Origin: Macrostomum hystrix
Taxonomy: Eukaryota > Animalia > Platyhelminthes
DNA length: 64,000 bases
Assembly: GCA_950097015.1 (NCBI GenBank)
Contig: CATNEN010000039.1
Location: 12,028,001 to 12,092,000 of the forward strand
Direction of reading: 5' to 3'
Below, piece by piece: positions 12,200 to 24,583 of this stretch (within the stretch, counting starts at the first letter, position 1; each line of letters starts with the position of its first letter). The notes below the pieces were generated by a model that was not told where the DNA came from, searched no databases, and was given only the letters and a program-made list of their open reading frames with translations. Both the position numbers and the translations under genes were made by a program.

Positions 12200-14268
12200 A
12201 TGAATCCATATTACTTGGTTTATCTAGCGAAAGTGTCCATCATAGTAGGCCTCTTGATTGGTGAGATTTCTTCGTGCAAAATATTTGATTGCCAGAGCCA
12301 CATTAAATGGCGCTTTTAAAGTCTGCGTACGGCTGTGAGTCCATGTGCTGAGAAGGCCATAACACCAACCCTAGTTTCTACCCGAGCTGATACGGGCACC
12401 AATTTTACAGCTGATGAAATTTCGTTACAACGAATGGCGGATGAAGCATGGTGACGATTTTTTGGCTTCTTTAAAGAGCTTAAAAATACAATTGTTGTTT
12501 TTTGTATTACAGACTCGTCAAGCGCCTGCGGTCTTATAGTGCGTCTCAGTGCGAGCCAGATCGTCATCAACGAGTCTTTTAGCAGCTCAGTGCTCAGTCA
12601 GACTGTCAGTTCGCTTCAAAGCTGCATTCTCTTGTGCCGCCTGAATGGCTGCGCGGCGGCGTCATTTAACGAATTCAGCAGCCTGTGCCAGCTGATTGTG
12701 CTGAGCGACGCGTCGTCCAAAGACGGTCCGCCGGAGAGCCACGCCCGTCGGGTTCTTGGCCCTGAGCCAGGCGAAAAGCTATTTTTAGTGACCGACTTTG
12801 AGCACCAATTGGTGGCCAAGATTTCTTCGAATATCAGCGTGGCCTCGCCGCAGCAAGACGGGGCCTATTCAAGCAGCCAATTTTCAGGCAACTTTTGTAC
12901 GCGAATTCATCATACGAGTACTATTAGTGTGCACTTTCACTGCGCCTTGAAGGCTTGCCCTCAAAGGATTAAATTGCTTGGCAAACCAGCCTTCTCTTCC
13001 GCGGCTGCGACCAAAACGAATTTAGCCGAGCCGCGGAATCGAGTTCAGGAACCTAAGTGTCCCTAAGTGAACACTTTAACTTTATTTGAAGTGTAACACA
13101 TATTTGCGATCTGCCATCCCATTTCCCTTTCCAGCAGCTTCATCAACTAATTCTAGAAACACTGTGCAATTGTACACTGTGCCTGCTGATGGCTGCTACC
13201 GCATCGGGGCCGGTGGAGGCCATGGTGGCTCCACGTACGGAGGTGGCATCTACACCGTCTACTCAGGCGGTCGCGGTGCCCGGATTGCAGGCAGCTTCAG
13301 CCTGAGGGCCGGCACTGAGCTGTCGATAGTCGTCGGCACTCGCGGCGGTGATGCCACTGAGGCAATCAACGACGCCGGCACTGGCGGAGGCGGCGGCAGC
13401 TTTGTGTACATCAATGCCAGTGTTCAGCTGCTGCTGGCTGCTGGTGGAGGCGGCGGTGGCGCGTTTCAGTTTGAGGGTGAGCGGAGGCGGGTCGCTTCAT
13501 ATGGAATCTCCAAAACGCGATAGATGCAACGAGCTGAAAATCGAAAATAAGTCATCCTGGGATTTTCTGCCGATAGATTCTACCCGATTTGGACAAAAAC
13601 TATTTTAAGTTGTTTCAGCATTGGAGAAAATAATAGTTTTGACTCCCGTTTTGACTAGTCGAGGCAAAAAAGTGAAAAGTGCTGTTGAAAAAGTGAAAAC
13701 AACATAGTTAGCCCAGCGGCAGCAGCGTTTGTAATCCCAGACGGCTTTAGTATCTGCGTAAATCCTGGGTCTCAAAAAAACTTCAGGCGTTCCAGGCCAG
13801 GCCGACTCCAACGGTACAAACTCACTTAGCTGGGTAACCACGGACCAGGGCTTCGGTGGCTCCTCCGGCAGACCGGTATACACAAACACAGCCGCCACAA
13901 AGAACAACAAGTACCACGGTGGTTCCGGCTCCGGCTGGCTCAGCCGAGCCAATATGACTCGGAAGGCAAGCGGTCACGGCGACCGTGGCGGAGGACGCGC
14001 CGAAGGCTGGCTGGGTGGCGCCGCTGGTGACGCCAACTCGGGTGCCGTTGGCGGCTTCGGAGGCGGCGGCGGCGGCGGAATGGCTAGCGGGGCGAGCGGC
14101 GGCGGCGGCGGCTACAGCGGCGGCGGCGCTGGCATCAGCGGTGGCATTGCTGGCGGCGGCGGTGGCTCCGCCTGCTTCGGCATTGGCTGCGTTGGCGAGA
14201 CCGGCGGCAACTTGGATAGCGAGAACGGATTTATCGTCGTGGAGAGAATCAGTAGCCAGTGCACTTGA
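12200..14268 (+). CDS. Secreted protein: signal peptide + PAN/apple-like domain + ALK/LTK-type glycine-rich domain
   Basis: Exons 12200-12260 (MNPYYLVYLAKVSIIVGLLI), 12513-~12887 (SLQSCILLCRLNGCAAASFNEFSSLCQL; donor uncertain, possibly GC), 13135-13476 (VQLYTVPADGCYRIGAGGGHGG...GSFSLRAGTELSIVVG...GGGGGSFV...LLAAGGGGG), 13787-14268 (GGFGGGGGG...GGGGGYSGG...NGFIVVE); no TM or kinase. Confidence 0.75.
12920..13060 (-). mobile_element. SINE family 2 fragment in intron
   Basis: GTGCACTTTCACTGCGCCTTGAAGG...CCGCGGAATCGAGTTCAGGAACC is the reverse of the family 2 head and body. Confidence 0.6.
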
Positions 14269-14649
14269 ACTCCTTGCTTGATGACTGAGACTTAAAAACA
14301 GGAAGCAGGTACAAGTAAAATAACTCGTCACTCGTTTGTTGGCTTTGCAAGTCGTTGTAAACTTTGTTACTCGTTTTGTCCACATTATTTTGCGACCCAG
14401 CCGCGAAGTGAAGGTTTGATTGCTCGTTGCGCGATATACGCTGATGAGGGCCAATGCCGAATGCCACCTGTGTGCATGTGTTAGCGGGATTAGCGGAACG
14501 GGTAGAAGAATAATAATAATAATTTTTGTTGCCACCTCGCTGGTTGTGGTCCCATCGTCGTCAAAACTGTGTCAATTCCAAAATCCCGCTGCATAATACT
14601 CATATTGATGTAATTTATCTAGGTTCTGATAGTTTTTAAACCTCCTCCA

Positions 14650-14990
14650 AATTTGGTAAAAATGCCCCCCGGTGTCGCCAATGCGGTCGCTGCCACCGCA
14701 GAATGAGCTTCCCCCGCCGCCCGCTGTGTTCACAGCCAGTCCGCCTCCACAACCGCTGAAGCCGCCGCCGGCGGCGCTGGTATGAAAGTCGCCTTCGCTG
14801 CCGGCGTCGAAGCCCCCAGTGCCACTGTTACCCTCGCCTTGAACGCCGCCGAGCCATCCGTCATTGATGCTGCCACCGCGATCTCCGTCAAACTTTCCGC
14901 GTCGAGTCATCTTAGCCTTGACCAGCCAGCCAGCATCCGAACCTCCTTGGGATTCGCGGATTCAAGTGCAGAGTTTGCGCCGCTCGTTCG
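14650..14990 (-). pseudogene. Degenerate inverted copy of the glycine-rich last exon of 12200-14268
   Basis: AGWLVKAKMTRRGKFDGDRGGSINDGWLGGVQGEGNSGTGGF...GGGFSG...GGGGSSFCGG aligns to SGWLSRANMTRKASGHGDRGGGRAEGWLGG...; frameshifted. Confidence 0.7.
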
Positions 14991-15093
14991 GGCCTGACCG
15001 TTCACTTCTGTTTGGAGATGAAGTTGCGAGTTTTTGGAATTTACGGAAAAAATGGAAAAAATTACAAAAGTGTTTGCGCCTATTAGTTTTTTG

Positions 15094-15324
15094 CAAGTAC
15101 CAGTTCTTTGTTGGAAACTCGTTTGAGCAACTCGGACGAGCAACTACGTCCTAGTGAACTACGAAGGCTACTGCCCCGTGACCAACGGAAACATTTGCAT
15201 GTACTTTGGCAAAAGAACCACAAACACTGAGACTTTCATGTTCAGCGGCACGCTTCGAGCTGTGGCCATCGCGAGCCAGAGCATGACCGAGGCGGAGATT
15301 CGCGAGTTCTTCACCATGGTTTGA
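15094..15324 (+). pseudogene. 3' fragment of the PAN-LamG gene (third copy)
   Basis: Matches 21149-21376 apart from a small rearrangement at ~15125-15135; no 5' part. Confidence 0.85.
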
Positions 15325-16909
15325 AGATGGCGGCAAGTGCACCAAAATGAAGTGCAGCAGAAATTTCTCAAGAGGGAAACATCACCCAGATTATCGAACT
15401 GATACAAGAACTTGTTTAACCACTTTTCCTTTCAACTTTTTATTCGATTAGTTTAAACGTGTGTGCGTGTTGTGTCTTCTGTTGCAATTCTATTTTTTGT
15501 TCTCCATTTAAACTCTTAATTAAATCTAGGCTATCTTGGCTATCGTATGGCTGCATATTGTTAATCTTTCCTTCACGCTCTGCACATTCTATCATATCTA
15601 ACTTCTGTAACCAATAAGGAAATTCCTTTCTTTTAAATATAAAATATTTTGTTTTTTTTCTATTCTTTGAAAATAAAGCAGTGACTTTTACTCAAGCATT
15701 AACTTTTTAAAGAAGTTAGGACGCTACGGCCCTTTTAAAGTTTGTCTTGATCCCCTATTAACTAAATAAACGTTTCTATGATGCAAAATAAATTCTTCTT
15801 TTTATACAATTTTAGACGTTGCAGTAATGCTGTTGGCACTGATGCCACTATTAGGTGACTGCCGAGCTTTAGCAAGCAAAGAGGCGATTTCGCGCACACA
15901 AAAAGTACGCAGTCACACGTTCACACAGGTGTGTTATGCGTTGGGATTTGGCCGTAATGGCTTCCATTCTGACCTTAGTTGAAATCTCGCAGAATGATCA
16001 CTGTGTTATCCGATGCTAACATCTAAATATTGGCTGTCTGGATTAACTTTGGCTAAGAGACGAGCAATTGTTCATTTTAATAATAAGTTTTTAGAGTTAT
16101 ATTTTAACTTGAAATAGGTTAATTTCTTTGATACAACACGTGTACCTAAAAAGCTATTACCAGCGCTTTAATTATAAAAAAACTATGAAAATTAGGCTTT
16201 TCAATTCTGCATGCCCTTACCCACTACTCGATAATTTTTGCGAGCGGTGCCACGGCATACGAGGCCACTGGGCTGCAGGACCGGGAACCGCTTCAGCATC
16301 AACAGCCGAAGCTTTTCGCTGGACTTAATGGCGCTATTGGATGGTATCCATACGCGATGGCTTCGTGTCCGTGGGCGCTCGCCTTCGAATACAAAGGTCA
16401 GCCTGCCGAGGCCCTCGGCCAAGTTGAACGAGGGCGAAAGAAAACTGTTTGACTGAATATAATTTACTGCATGCGCTTATCGACTACTCAGTAACTTGGA
16501 CGCTCACAAATCGCCAGTAGTGATGTACGAGCATCAGGCTTCTAATTTTGAGTATTTTGACGCATAGCAACGTTCTACAAGTCCCTTGTGCACGCGCCCT
16601 CAATTTGCTGCTGGCTATGACGTCTTTAACTTCATTTTTAATAGCTCTTTGCTGTCGCTTGCTTATTGCTTATTAGAGCTAATAAACGCTTCAAATTGCT
16701 TCTAGTTTTGCACACTGACAAGTTGTTTTCTAATCTCGATAAAATCTGTAATTCAGTTATGTTTTTTGGCTCTAGTTCATTGTGAATTGCTATGAAAATA
16801 ATTTTTTCATAAGTAACAAGGAATTAAACTTATACCGCTCCTTTAAGTGTCAACTGAAAAAATATATGCGAAATTTGATGGTGATCAAGGTTCTGACTCT
16901 GAGCTCAGC

Positions 16910-17620
16910 TCCAGAGAGCCTGAGAGAGCTCAACACGCCTCAGGCTTCCGCTGCTCAGCTCCTGAAAAAGTGAGCCAAGAGTTCTTCCTGTTGGAGACCT
17001 GAGACCCTTTCGTCGGGCACAATTGTAGATGGCATACCGCAGCATATCTGATTCGCAACTTTGCTGCTGTTCGTTTATCAAGCCTAACGCCAATCAGTCT
17101 AGCGAGAGCCTGACGGCCTGCATGGAGAATGGCAGCTTGGACTTGGTCTTCAAGAAGCAGCTACCAAGTCTGGGCAAGATCTCCGTCGGCCAATGGATCT
17201 CCGCCAATTCCCGAATTCTTCAGCGTCTATTTGATGTCATTGGCACCAATAGCGTCTGTTTACAGCGTGAACACCAGCCAGCTGAGAGGCTACCTGCAAT
17301 ACTCCCAGAAGATCGGAGAACACCTTGACGCCAACTAGGTACAGTTCGAATGTTGTATGGGAGTTTGACAAAGACTACATGATACTAACGGCAGAGTCGG
17401 AACTGTATCAGTGGGGATGCGAACCCCAGAAGATGAACCATCGCCCCTCAACGCTCAACTTGAAGGTCACTCTGAACCGACCTGGCACCTCGCAACCGTA
17501 GGCCCCCCATCTGCTTGAACTTCAACTCACCAGCCGGTTGTCAGTGGCTCAGCTGCAGGTACCGGCACGTCTGCAAGCTGCCTGAATGCAGCAAGCCGCA
17601 CCCCGCTCCTGGGCACCGGC
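16910..17620 (+). mobile_element. Degraded DIRS/Ngaro-type gag
   Basis: ISVGQWISANSRIL...YLQYSQKIGE...VWEFDKDY...W and ICLNFNSPAGCQWLSCRYRHVCKLPECSKPH zinc finger; stops and frameshifts. Confidence 0.55.
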
Positions 17621-17624
17621 AGAT

Positions 17625-18600
17625 CGGCTGTCGAGTTGTCGATCGTGGCCGGCTATGTGCTCTGGGTACTCGAGTCATCATCACGGACGTACTGCGCTAG
17701 GCGGTCCTGCAGGAGCTTCATCTGGCTAACTTCGGCGCCAGCCGGATGAAGGCTCTCGTCTGGTGAGCAGGAATCGATAAGGAGGTCGAGCAACTGTAGC
17801 GCAAGGACCACAAGTAGATACCTACTTTAGTAGCTTGAAGAACTTATTTAGCAGTCCTTGCTGTTGCGTACATGCGAGGAGTGCAAAGCTCACCAGTCGG
17901 ATTCGGTGCACCATTGGCTCTTCCGAAGCGAACTGTGGAGCCGCCTTTACGTGAATTCTGCTGTGCTATTTAACGGGTGCATCTAACTATTTGTTATTGA
18001 CGCTCAAAACAAATGGCCAGTAGATGTCTAACACATTTGCCAGCGGTATCATCGCTCATCTTCGACAAATTTTTTGCCACCTGGGTCTTCCTCGCCTCGA
18101 TGTCTTCGACAAGTCGAAGAAATTTCGACGATATCTCATGCAGCAAAGGTTTTCGACTTTCCAAACTTCGGCGTCTTAACATCTTGAAACTATCGAGCTA
18201 GCTAAAAGGTTCATCCAGACGCTGAAATTGCACATTAAGCAGTCCACCAGCTGCGGAGCAATGTTTCTTGCTCGCGTACATTCGACCACAGGCGGCTCTC
18301 CAAGCGAGCTGCTCTTCGGTCGTAGGTTGCGCTCCAGGGTGGACTTCATGCGGCCGTCTCTTGTGGACCAGGTGAGAATTCGCCAGGATGAAGTGGCACA
18401 AGTGGCGACGACGACCGAGATTTTTACACTCTAGCAATTGCATCCGGGTCAAGGGCTTCGGCAAGGACGCGGGCTCTCTGAAGTTGTTTTCTCGGCAGCC
18501 TGCCACTGCCTTCGACTCCTGAATATAAGGCGTTCTCAGCCAGTTTCGCATCAGCCGCAGGCTTGGAAGCGGCCGCGGACTCGATGGCAGTGCCGGAGGC
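17625..18600 (+). mobile_element. Degraded Gypsy (K02A2.6-like) integrase
   Basis: GTRVIITDVLR*AVLQELH...GASRMKAL..W*AGIDKEVE; WSRLYVNSAVLFNG; GSPSELLFGRRLRSRVDFMRP. Confidence 0.7.
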
Positions 18601-18691
18601 AGCTGCGGCTCCGTTAGCGCCGGCTTCTGTTTCGGATCTCGGATCGCTGCTAACCGAAGGGACTTGGAAAGCGGCCCAAGCGTCTTCAACT

Positions 18692-19156
18692 CGGAGGGGG
18701 TGAGTGGGTCAGCTGCTAATGTCGCTGCCTCACTTTCGAATGGTCGCTGGTTCGTTCCTCCCTCCAAGTCACGATTCTTTCGGGGCTTAGTTGGAGGTTT
18801 GCGAAGTAGTGACTTGCGGAGATGCACCTTATTCTGTGCAACCAAAGCTAATTTAAAATAGCTTAACCCCTGCCTTCTGCATTCCTGCTTGTTTGTGTTT
18901 GTGCTTGTGCGTTGGGCCGGGTGTGCACCAATGTGTACTCTCGTCCTTACCCTTCAGGCATCTAAGTCCTCCCCTGGTTTGGTCTGCTCTGTGCGGGCCT
19001 CGGGTGAGAGGCACTCTGGCTGCTGTGTGTGAGGTGCCGGTGTCCAGGGGTCCAGATGGCGCGATGGGCGACTCCCGCCTAGTTCGCCGGCCTGGGGGCA
19101 TGCCGTTCCTTCGCTTGTGCGTAAGTGCCCCAGCCCCCTGCAAATAAGTAAGTAAA
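18692..19156 (+). mobile_element. tRNA-derived SINE (family 3) with TSD
   Basis: GGGGTGAGTGGGTCAG head, GGTTCGTTCC B-box, tail CCCCCTGCAAATAAGTAAGTAAA, TSD TCTTCAACT (18683-18691 / 19157-19165); homolog at 58239-58830. Confidence 0.75.
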
Positions 19157-20368
19157 TCTTCAACTGGGGATTTTATTGACTGACAAAGCTTGGTGACTAG
19201 CTGACTGTTGAATCTGCTCTTTTTTTCTACGAGAACGAGTGGCAGCCCCAGCTCTACGATACTGTACAGTTGCCGAGCAGCGACCGTCCGTCCCTGGAAA
19301 CCACTCGGCTTCGGTGCCGAGCTGTTGCTGAGGCTTAGCGCGCTCTGCTGACGGGCGTTCTCTGCACCTGCAAAAGAAGAGACTCGGAGACTGGTTGAGA
19401 ACGTATGAGAGCCATGTCAGGTTTTGCTTTGTATGGCTGAGAAAAAGCCTAGATTGTATGGTTGAGAAGGATTTAATGGTAGTTCAGATTAATGCCCTTT
19501 ACAACGCACAACAGACGGTCAGACTGAAGGATACGCTGAGGCCCTGAGTCTTTGGAGGTGCAATTGTCCAGGACGAATGCAGCCAGTTGGTTGTCTACGA
19601 AGCAAGTAACTTTGTAATCTTGCACGACTGGGTGCGGCAGAGAGATTCTCCGCTTCATGCAATCCATACAGCTTGCTTGTTCCTCGCAGCTCCTGCAGTA
19701 TCTTGTATCGAGCTCTCTCTTGCTGTCTCGTAAAAGCGTATTTGACGTTGTCTGCGCTGAACGAGGAATTTCTGTTTGATGGTCTTCGGATGTTCTGGTC
19801 AACGAGTGTACTTAACAAAATATATTACACAGCCAAAGACAGAATAAATGTAAATTTGCTTTCTGAAAACGTTAACTCATACGAAATCCCATCAGATATG
19901 ATATATCAGCAGATCTCCATTTTTTATGACATTTTTCCTATGTAAATTTTTCTTCACAAAAAACTGCGACGTTTTTTGAAAGCCACTGCGCTACAACTGT
20001 GACGGCTCAATGTCATCAAATGTTCATTTTGATTGAATGTTATCGTTTTATACAATCTTTTTGCATTTTCTATCGTTTCTAACGTTTTCCAATCATTCCA
20101 ATCGATTTTCAAGCTCAGCTGCTGAAAGTCAGTGTGAGTCTTGAAGCGCCTAGCCCGCAGCATCCAAGCAGCTAATGAAAAATGTTTTACTGAATGCGTC
20201 TAGCACAGTGTTCGGTTTGTTTTCTAGTAACCATTAGCAATGCAAGGAAAGTTTTTAAATACTAACTCGACTGAATTCTAATTGCAGCGCACAAGTGATT
20301 ATAGCTCGATGCTTTCGTTCTATGGAACTGCTGCCATCAAGCCTGCAAATTTTATTCTGACTGCCGGA

Positions 20369-21376
20369 ATGCCAGGAAGGCTGTGGTTATTCGTTCATGC
20401 CCTCTGCCTAGTAGGGATGGCTTCGGCTATCGAGTCAGGGAAGAGCTATTTCTGGCACTCAGCAGAAGTGCAATGCGTTCCAGACAACTCGCCGATCGCA
20501 TTTGAGAGGCGGGTAGCTGTCAGCAAAGCGCATTGTTCAATGGTAGCATCGACTTTCAATCGCTTTGGCATTCTTGTGGCACAGTACAACCAGCAGTCGC
20601 GCGTGTGCAACGTCTTTTACTACCAATCGATCTGCCGCAGTCTGATTCCTGGAAATACTCCCAACTGCGCGGTGTACCTACGACTGTCAATCAATCGCGC
20701 ACTACTCAGTCCCAAACTCAACATTGTGTGGCTCGCCGATGATGTAATCAGACTGGAGAACCTTGTCTGTCAGGCCGACGAGAGCACGAACCGCCTGTAC
20801 CCTCAGAGCGTTCAGTTCACCAGTGAGGGCGCTGTGTTCGATGGTAGCCAGTCGGTAGCCATAATGAACAAGTCTAGCCTCAGCTTCGCTACTGGTCTCA
20901 CCTGGCTGATAAAGCTCAAGCGGAAGGTGCAGTGGCAGCCGTACATTGAGTTCACAACCTGCACCAACATGGCCACCACTCCGACCGTTGACGGCATCCA
21001 CATGCTCGAGTTTGGGGCTCCTCAACAACTGTACGTGAGAACCCACCGAATCACTGGGACTCTGCTGCCACTCATCTACTCCCCCTACAGATATATGTCT
21101 AACGATCCCAACGAATGGCTCACTCTCGGCTTCACTACCGATGGGTCCAGCAAGTACCAGTTCTTTGTTGGAAACTCGTTTGTAGACACGAGCAACTACG
21201 TCCTAGTGAACTACGAAGGCTACTGCCCCGTGACCAACGGAAACATTTGCATGTACTTTGGCAAAAGAACCACAAACACTGAGACTTTCATGTTCAGCGG
21301 CACGCTTCGAGCTGTGGCCATCGCGAGCCAGAGCATGACCGAGGCGGAGATTCGCGAGTTCTTCACCATGGTTTGA
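20369..21376 (+). CDS. Secreted PAN/apple-like + LamG/concanavalin-A-like protein, copy 1 (335 aa, single exon)
   Basis: Signal MPGRLWLFVHALCLVGMASA; SKAHCSMVA...YNQQSRVCNVF; GAVFDGSQSV...LTWLIKLK...EWLTLGFTTDG...FSGTLRAVAIASQSMTEAEIRE. Confidence 0.8.
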   Translation: MPGRLWLFVHALCLVGMASAIESGKSYFWHSAEVQCVPDNSPIAFERRVAVSKAHCSMVASTFNRFGILVAQYNQQSRVCNVFYYQSICRSLIPGNTPNCAVYLRLSINRALLSPKLNIVWLADDVIRLENLVCQADESTNRLYPQSVQFTSEGAVFDGSQSVAIMNKSSLSFATGLTWLIKLKRKVQWQPYIEFTTCTNMATTPTVDGIHMLEFGAPQQLYVRTHRITGTLLPLIYSPYRYMSNDPNEWLTLGFTTDGSSKYQFFVGNSFVDTSNYVLVNYEGYCPVTNGNICMYFGKRTTNTETFMFSGTLRAVAIASQSMTEAEIREFFTMV

Positions 21377-22699
21377 AGATGGTCGCTAGTGCAGCAGAAG
21401 TTTTACTAGCGGGAAACATAAAAAAATGGTCTATTACGAGACTAAACTCGTACAATAGCTCGCTTCACCTCTTTTTTCTCGATCAGTTCTAACAAAAACT
21501 AAAATTTGTTTGTGTCTTGTTGTATATTTCTAGTTATTGTTGTCCGTTAACACTCAAAGAATTTAATTTTGTCTTTCTTTTTGATGCAAATGGTTGAATT
21601 TTCATTTAAAACGCTATTTAAAACATTGTGGTTTTAATGTTGTGTCCTTTATTTTTTTAAACTTAATCATTCGGAAATTTATTTATGATAAACAATGATA
21701 AATTCGGATATATATAAGTGAAGATTACAGTCGTTTAGTCAAAATTGCAGCTGTAACCCTGCGATGAGCCTTTTCTAGGTTGCCTCAATTACTTTTTAAT
21801 ACTTCGTTTTTAATTCTAACGTTTTTTTAATTAACCTTTTGTAGTTTTCTCATGACTTTCCGGACACCCGGAATAGAATAAACGTTTGTCTGACGCAAAT
21901 TCAAGTTTTATTCTTTCCATCGGAGTTTCAGCTGGGCTGTGCAGCACTGACGCACCATCGGGTCGCACAGACACGGGGTACGCAGTCACTCGGTCACATC
22001 GCATCTGTCCCTGATTTTCTCATTGGTAGACAGTTTGCATTGGGGATGGCCCTCCTGTCTCATACTGGTCCCATTTGGAATTTGAATAAGCACTGATTGC
22101 TAAGATGCTAGATTTAAATATTTATCAGTCTCGAAAAAAAATGTTTCTGAATATTTAATCGGGCTTTGAATTAGTCGATTTTTAGATATAAAGCGTGTAC
22201 CTGGAAAGTGATTCATTCAACAGGGAATGGCCAGACAGAGATCTTTGTGATTTAGAATAGCTGTACAGACATTAAATGTCGGTGGATAGAAATTTGTTAA
22301 TTTAGGGTCATTTTAAGCCTGTTGGCATCGTAATTCTTTATGAATCCATCGTTTCTGACACATGCAGTCTCTGACACGTCACAGCGTTGACACGAGAACA
22401 TTTAGACAAGGGACCACCGTACAGCCGATTATCTGAAAAATTCAGACAAAACTCAAATGCAGCTACTTAAAGACAAACCAGACAAAGGCGCTTACAGTCA
22501 CAGTGGACATGTAAAATGTGAATATCAAGTAACAGCGTCACAAAGGAATTGTCTGCTAGGTATGCTCAACGGAACAGGCTACGATTCTGGCTAGGAGCCG
22601 AACTAGTATCCAGTTCTTGAATCCGACACTCGCAGAGACTATGCGAGTAATTGACACGTACAACAGCTACCTCAATCGGAATTTTTAATTCTTGCGCAA

Positions 22700-23460
22700 C
22701 CTCTTAGAGCAAATGCTCCATGCAGTGGGACCCAACGCCAGTGATGTATGAGGCAGACCAGGCCTACGAGCTAAGGTCTGAAATGCCTCACGCGCCTGCG
22801 GTCGCTTTTTGAGCAGGTATGACAAGAGAGTGCCCTGCGCCTTCTGGCGCTGGAATCCCTCCACGATGTCCCGTCAGCTGAGCCATGGGTACACGTCCCG
22901 CGAGTGTTCAAGGCTGACCCTAAGGCAGCCGGACAGAATGGGAAACAGCGCTAGAAGACCCACCCAGGGCCTCGGGGCCAGCTCAGGCAGATTCTTCTGA
23001 AGCTGCACCGCGATCTAGGGCCAACGGGCTCCTACACCACGCCTCCTCGCGTAGTCACGAGGGGTCAGAAGGGGGTCACGGTCTAACTCAGCTGACTATC
23101 CTCCGCTGCGAGGAGCGGAAAGCTGTCGAAGCCAAGCATGCCAAAGCATCTGAGTCCGGATTCGGGGCGCTAGCCATCTGAGTCTCCTCCGACAAAGAGG
23201 CAGCCAAGCCGCCTTACAAGCCCTTTGCCACACCACCACGTGCTCCCGGACAGTCGCTGACTGTGCCTGGCAACTCAACCTCCTGGCGCGTAGCAATACG
23301 GTGCGGCTGCGCTGGATCCCAGGGCATGCGCCAACAGACAGTCTCGCCAAGGTTGGTGGCTCTGGCTCCCTTCTGGGCCCTGCTCCCTGGTCCAGATCCC
23401 CACCATGGTCATCAACCGCGAAATTAATGGCTGGGCTGAGTCCCTCCACAGGCAATCCCG
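22700..23460 (+). mobile_element. Remnant of an RNase H-bearing non-LTR retrotransposon (R1/Loa/I-like)
   Basis: SQAALQALCHTTTCSRTVADCAWQLNLLARSNTVRLRWIPGHA...DSLAK at ~23200-23355. Confidence 0.65.
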
Positions 23461-23599
23461 TGCCGCTCAGGTTTAGAGATTATTGTCAACTATGCACTTT
23501 TCCCTGGAGAAATTTCTCCTAAACGAAAGATGCTTTTTGGTAATTTTGTCAGGTCTTCACCAAAGGTGGCTAAATCTTCAGATTAATGCAGGTCGCTTA

Positions 23600-24050
23600 C
23601 TTCTTAATTCGTTATGGAGGAATGGCTATGGAATGAGTTTCTAAGACTGTGCTTAAGCTGATCGATGTACAGGGAGAATAGCAATCGAAATTGAGGGCAC
23701 CCTTGTCTGACGCCATTAGTGATTTGCCAAGCCTCGGTTTCTGAGCTTTCTGACAGCTTGAGATGAAATTTCAGCCCTGAGTACATTCTCTTAAAATTTG
23801 TTATTATTTCTGGGTTCACAACCAACTGAATTGGGTTGTGTGCCTAGGGTTGGATACCATGTCAAAGGCGTCTTTTTTGTGAATTAATTTCAATAGGGTT
23901 GCCATGTGATCAGAAGTCAGAAGTGTGATCAGAAACCAGTTTGATTGTGGGTCATCAAAAGGACTGGTCAACGTGTCTACCTTAACAAAAATGTTTCCGA
24001 GACTAAGGCATAATTGTGAATTTTCTGAATACTTTTTACTTAACCATATT
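23600..24050 (-). mobile_element. LINE reverse transcriptase remnant
   Basis: DAFDMV...EIITNFKRMY...ITNGVRQGCP...LLFSLYIDQL. Confidence 0.7.
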
Positions 24051-24583
24051 CCCAACAGCAATAAAACATAAGCATATGCTCTAAGGCATATTTTTTCGTA
24101 CTGGATAGTGTTTTACTGAAAAACTGCGATGTGTTTTAAACGGCACTAAGTAGCACTGGGACGCGTCAACGAAACAGAATGATAATTTCGTTTGAATTTT
24201 ATCGTTCAGAAGAATCGTTTAGATGCTCTATACATTTCAAATGGCTCCTAACGTTTTCATATCATTTGGGAAAATCGATTTTCAAGCTCAGTTGCTGAAA
24301 GTCAGGCTGAGTCTTGAAGGGATTAACCTGCAGCATCTATGCAGACAATGAAATCAATTTTCACTGAGTGGGTCTAGCTCAGTTGAGTTTGTTGTCTGGA
24401 AACCATGGCAATTCAATGGAAGCTGAGCAGCAGATTAAATATACCTAACGCAATCTAAAGCTGCAGCTTTAAAAAACTAAGTCTTCTGAATTCACGTCGC
24501 TGCGCACAAGTGATTATAGCTCGATGCCTTCGATCTAAAGAGCTGCTGCCATCAAGCCTGCAAATTTTATTCTGACTGCCGGA

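Noticed and set aside
16200-16450. GC-rich exon-like patch
   Set aside because: No assignable frame or partner exons
20282-20368. N-terminal extension of PAN-LamG copy 1
   Set aside because: Non-ATG start in the track, and the equivalent region in copy 2 has a stop; the signal peptide starts at 20369
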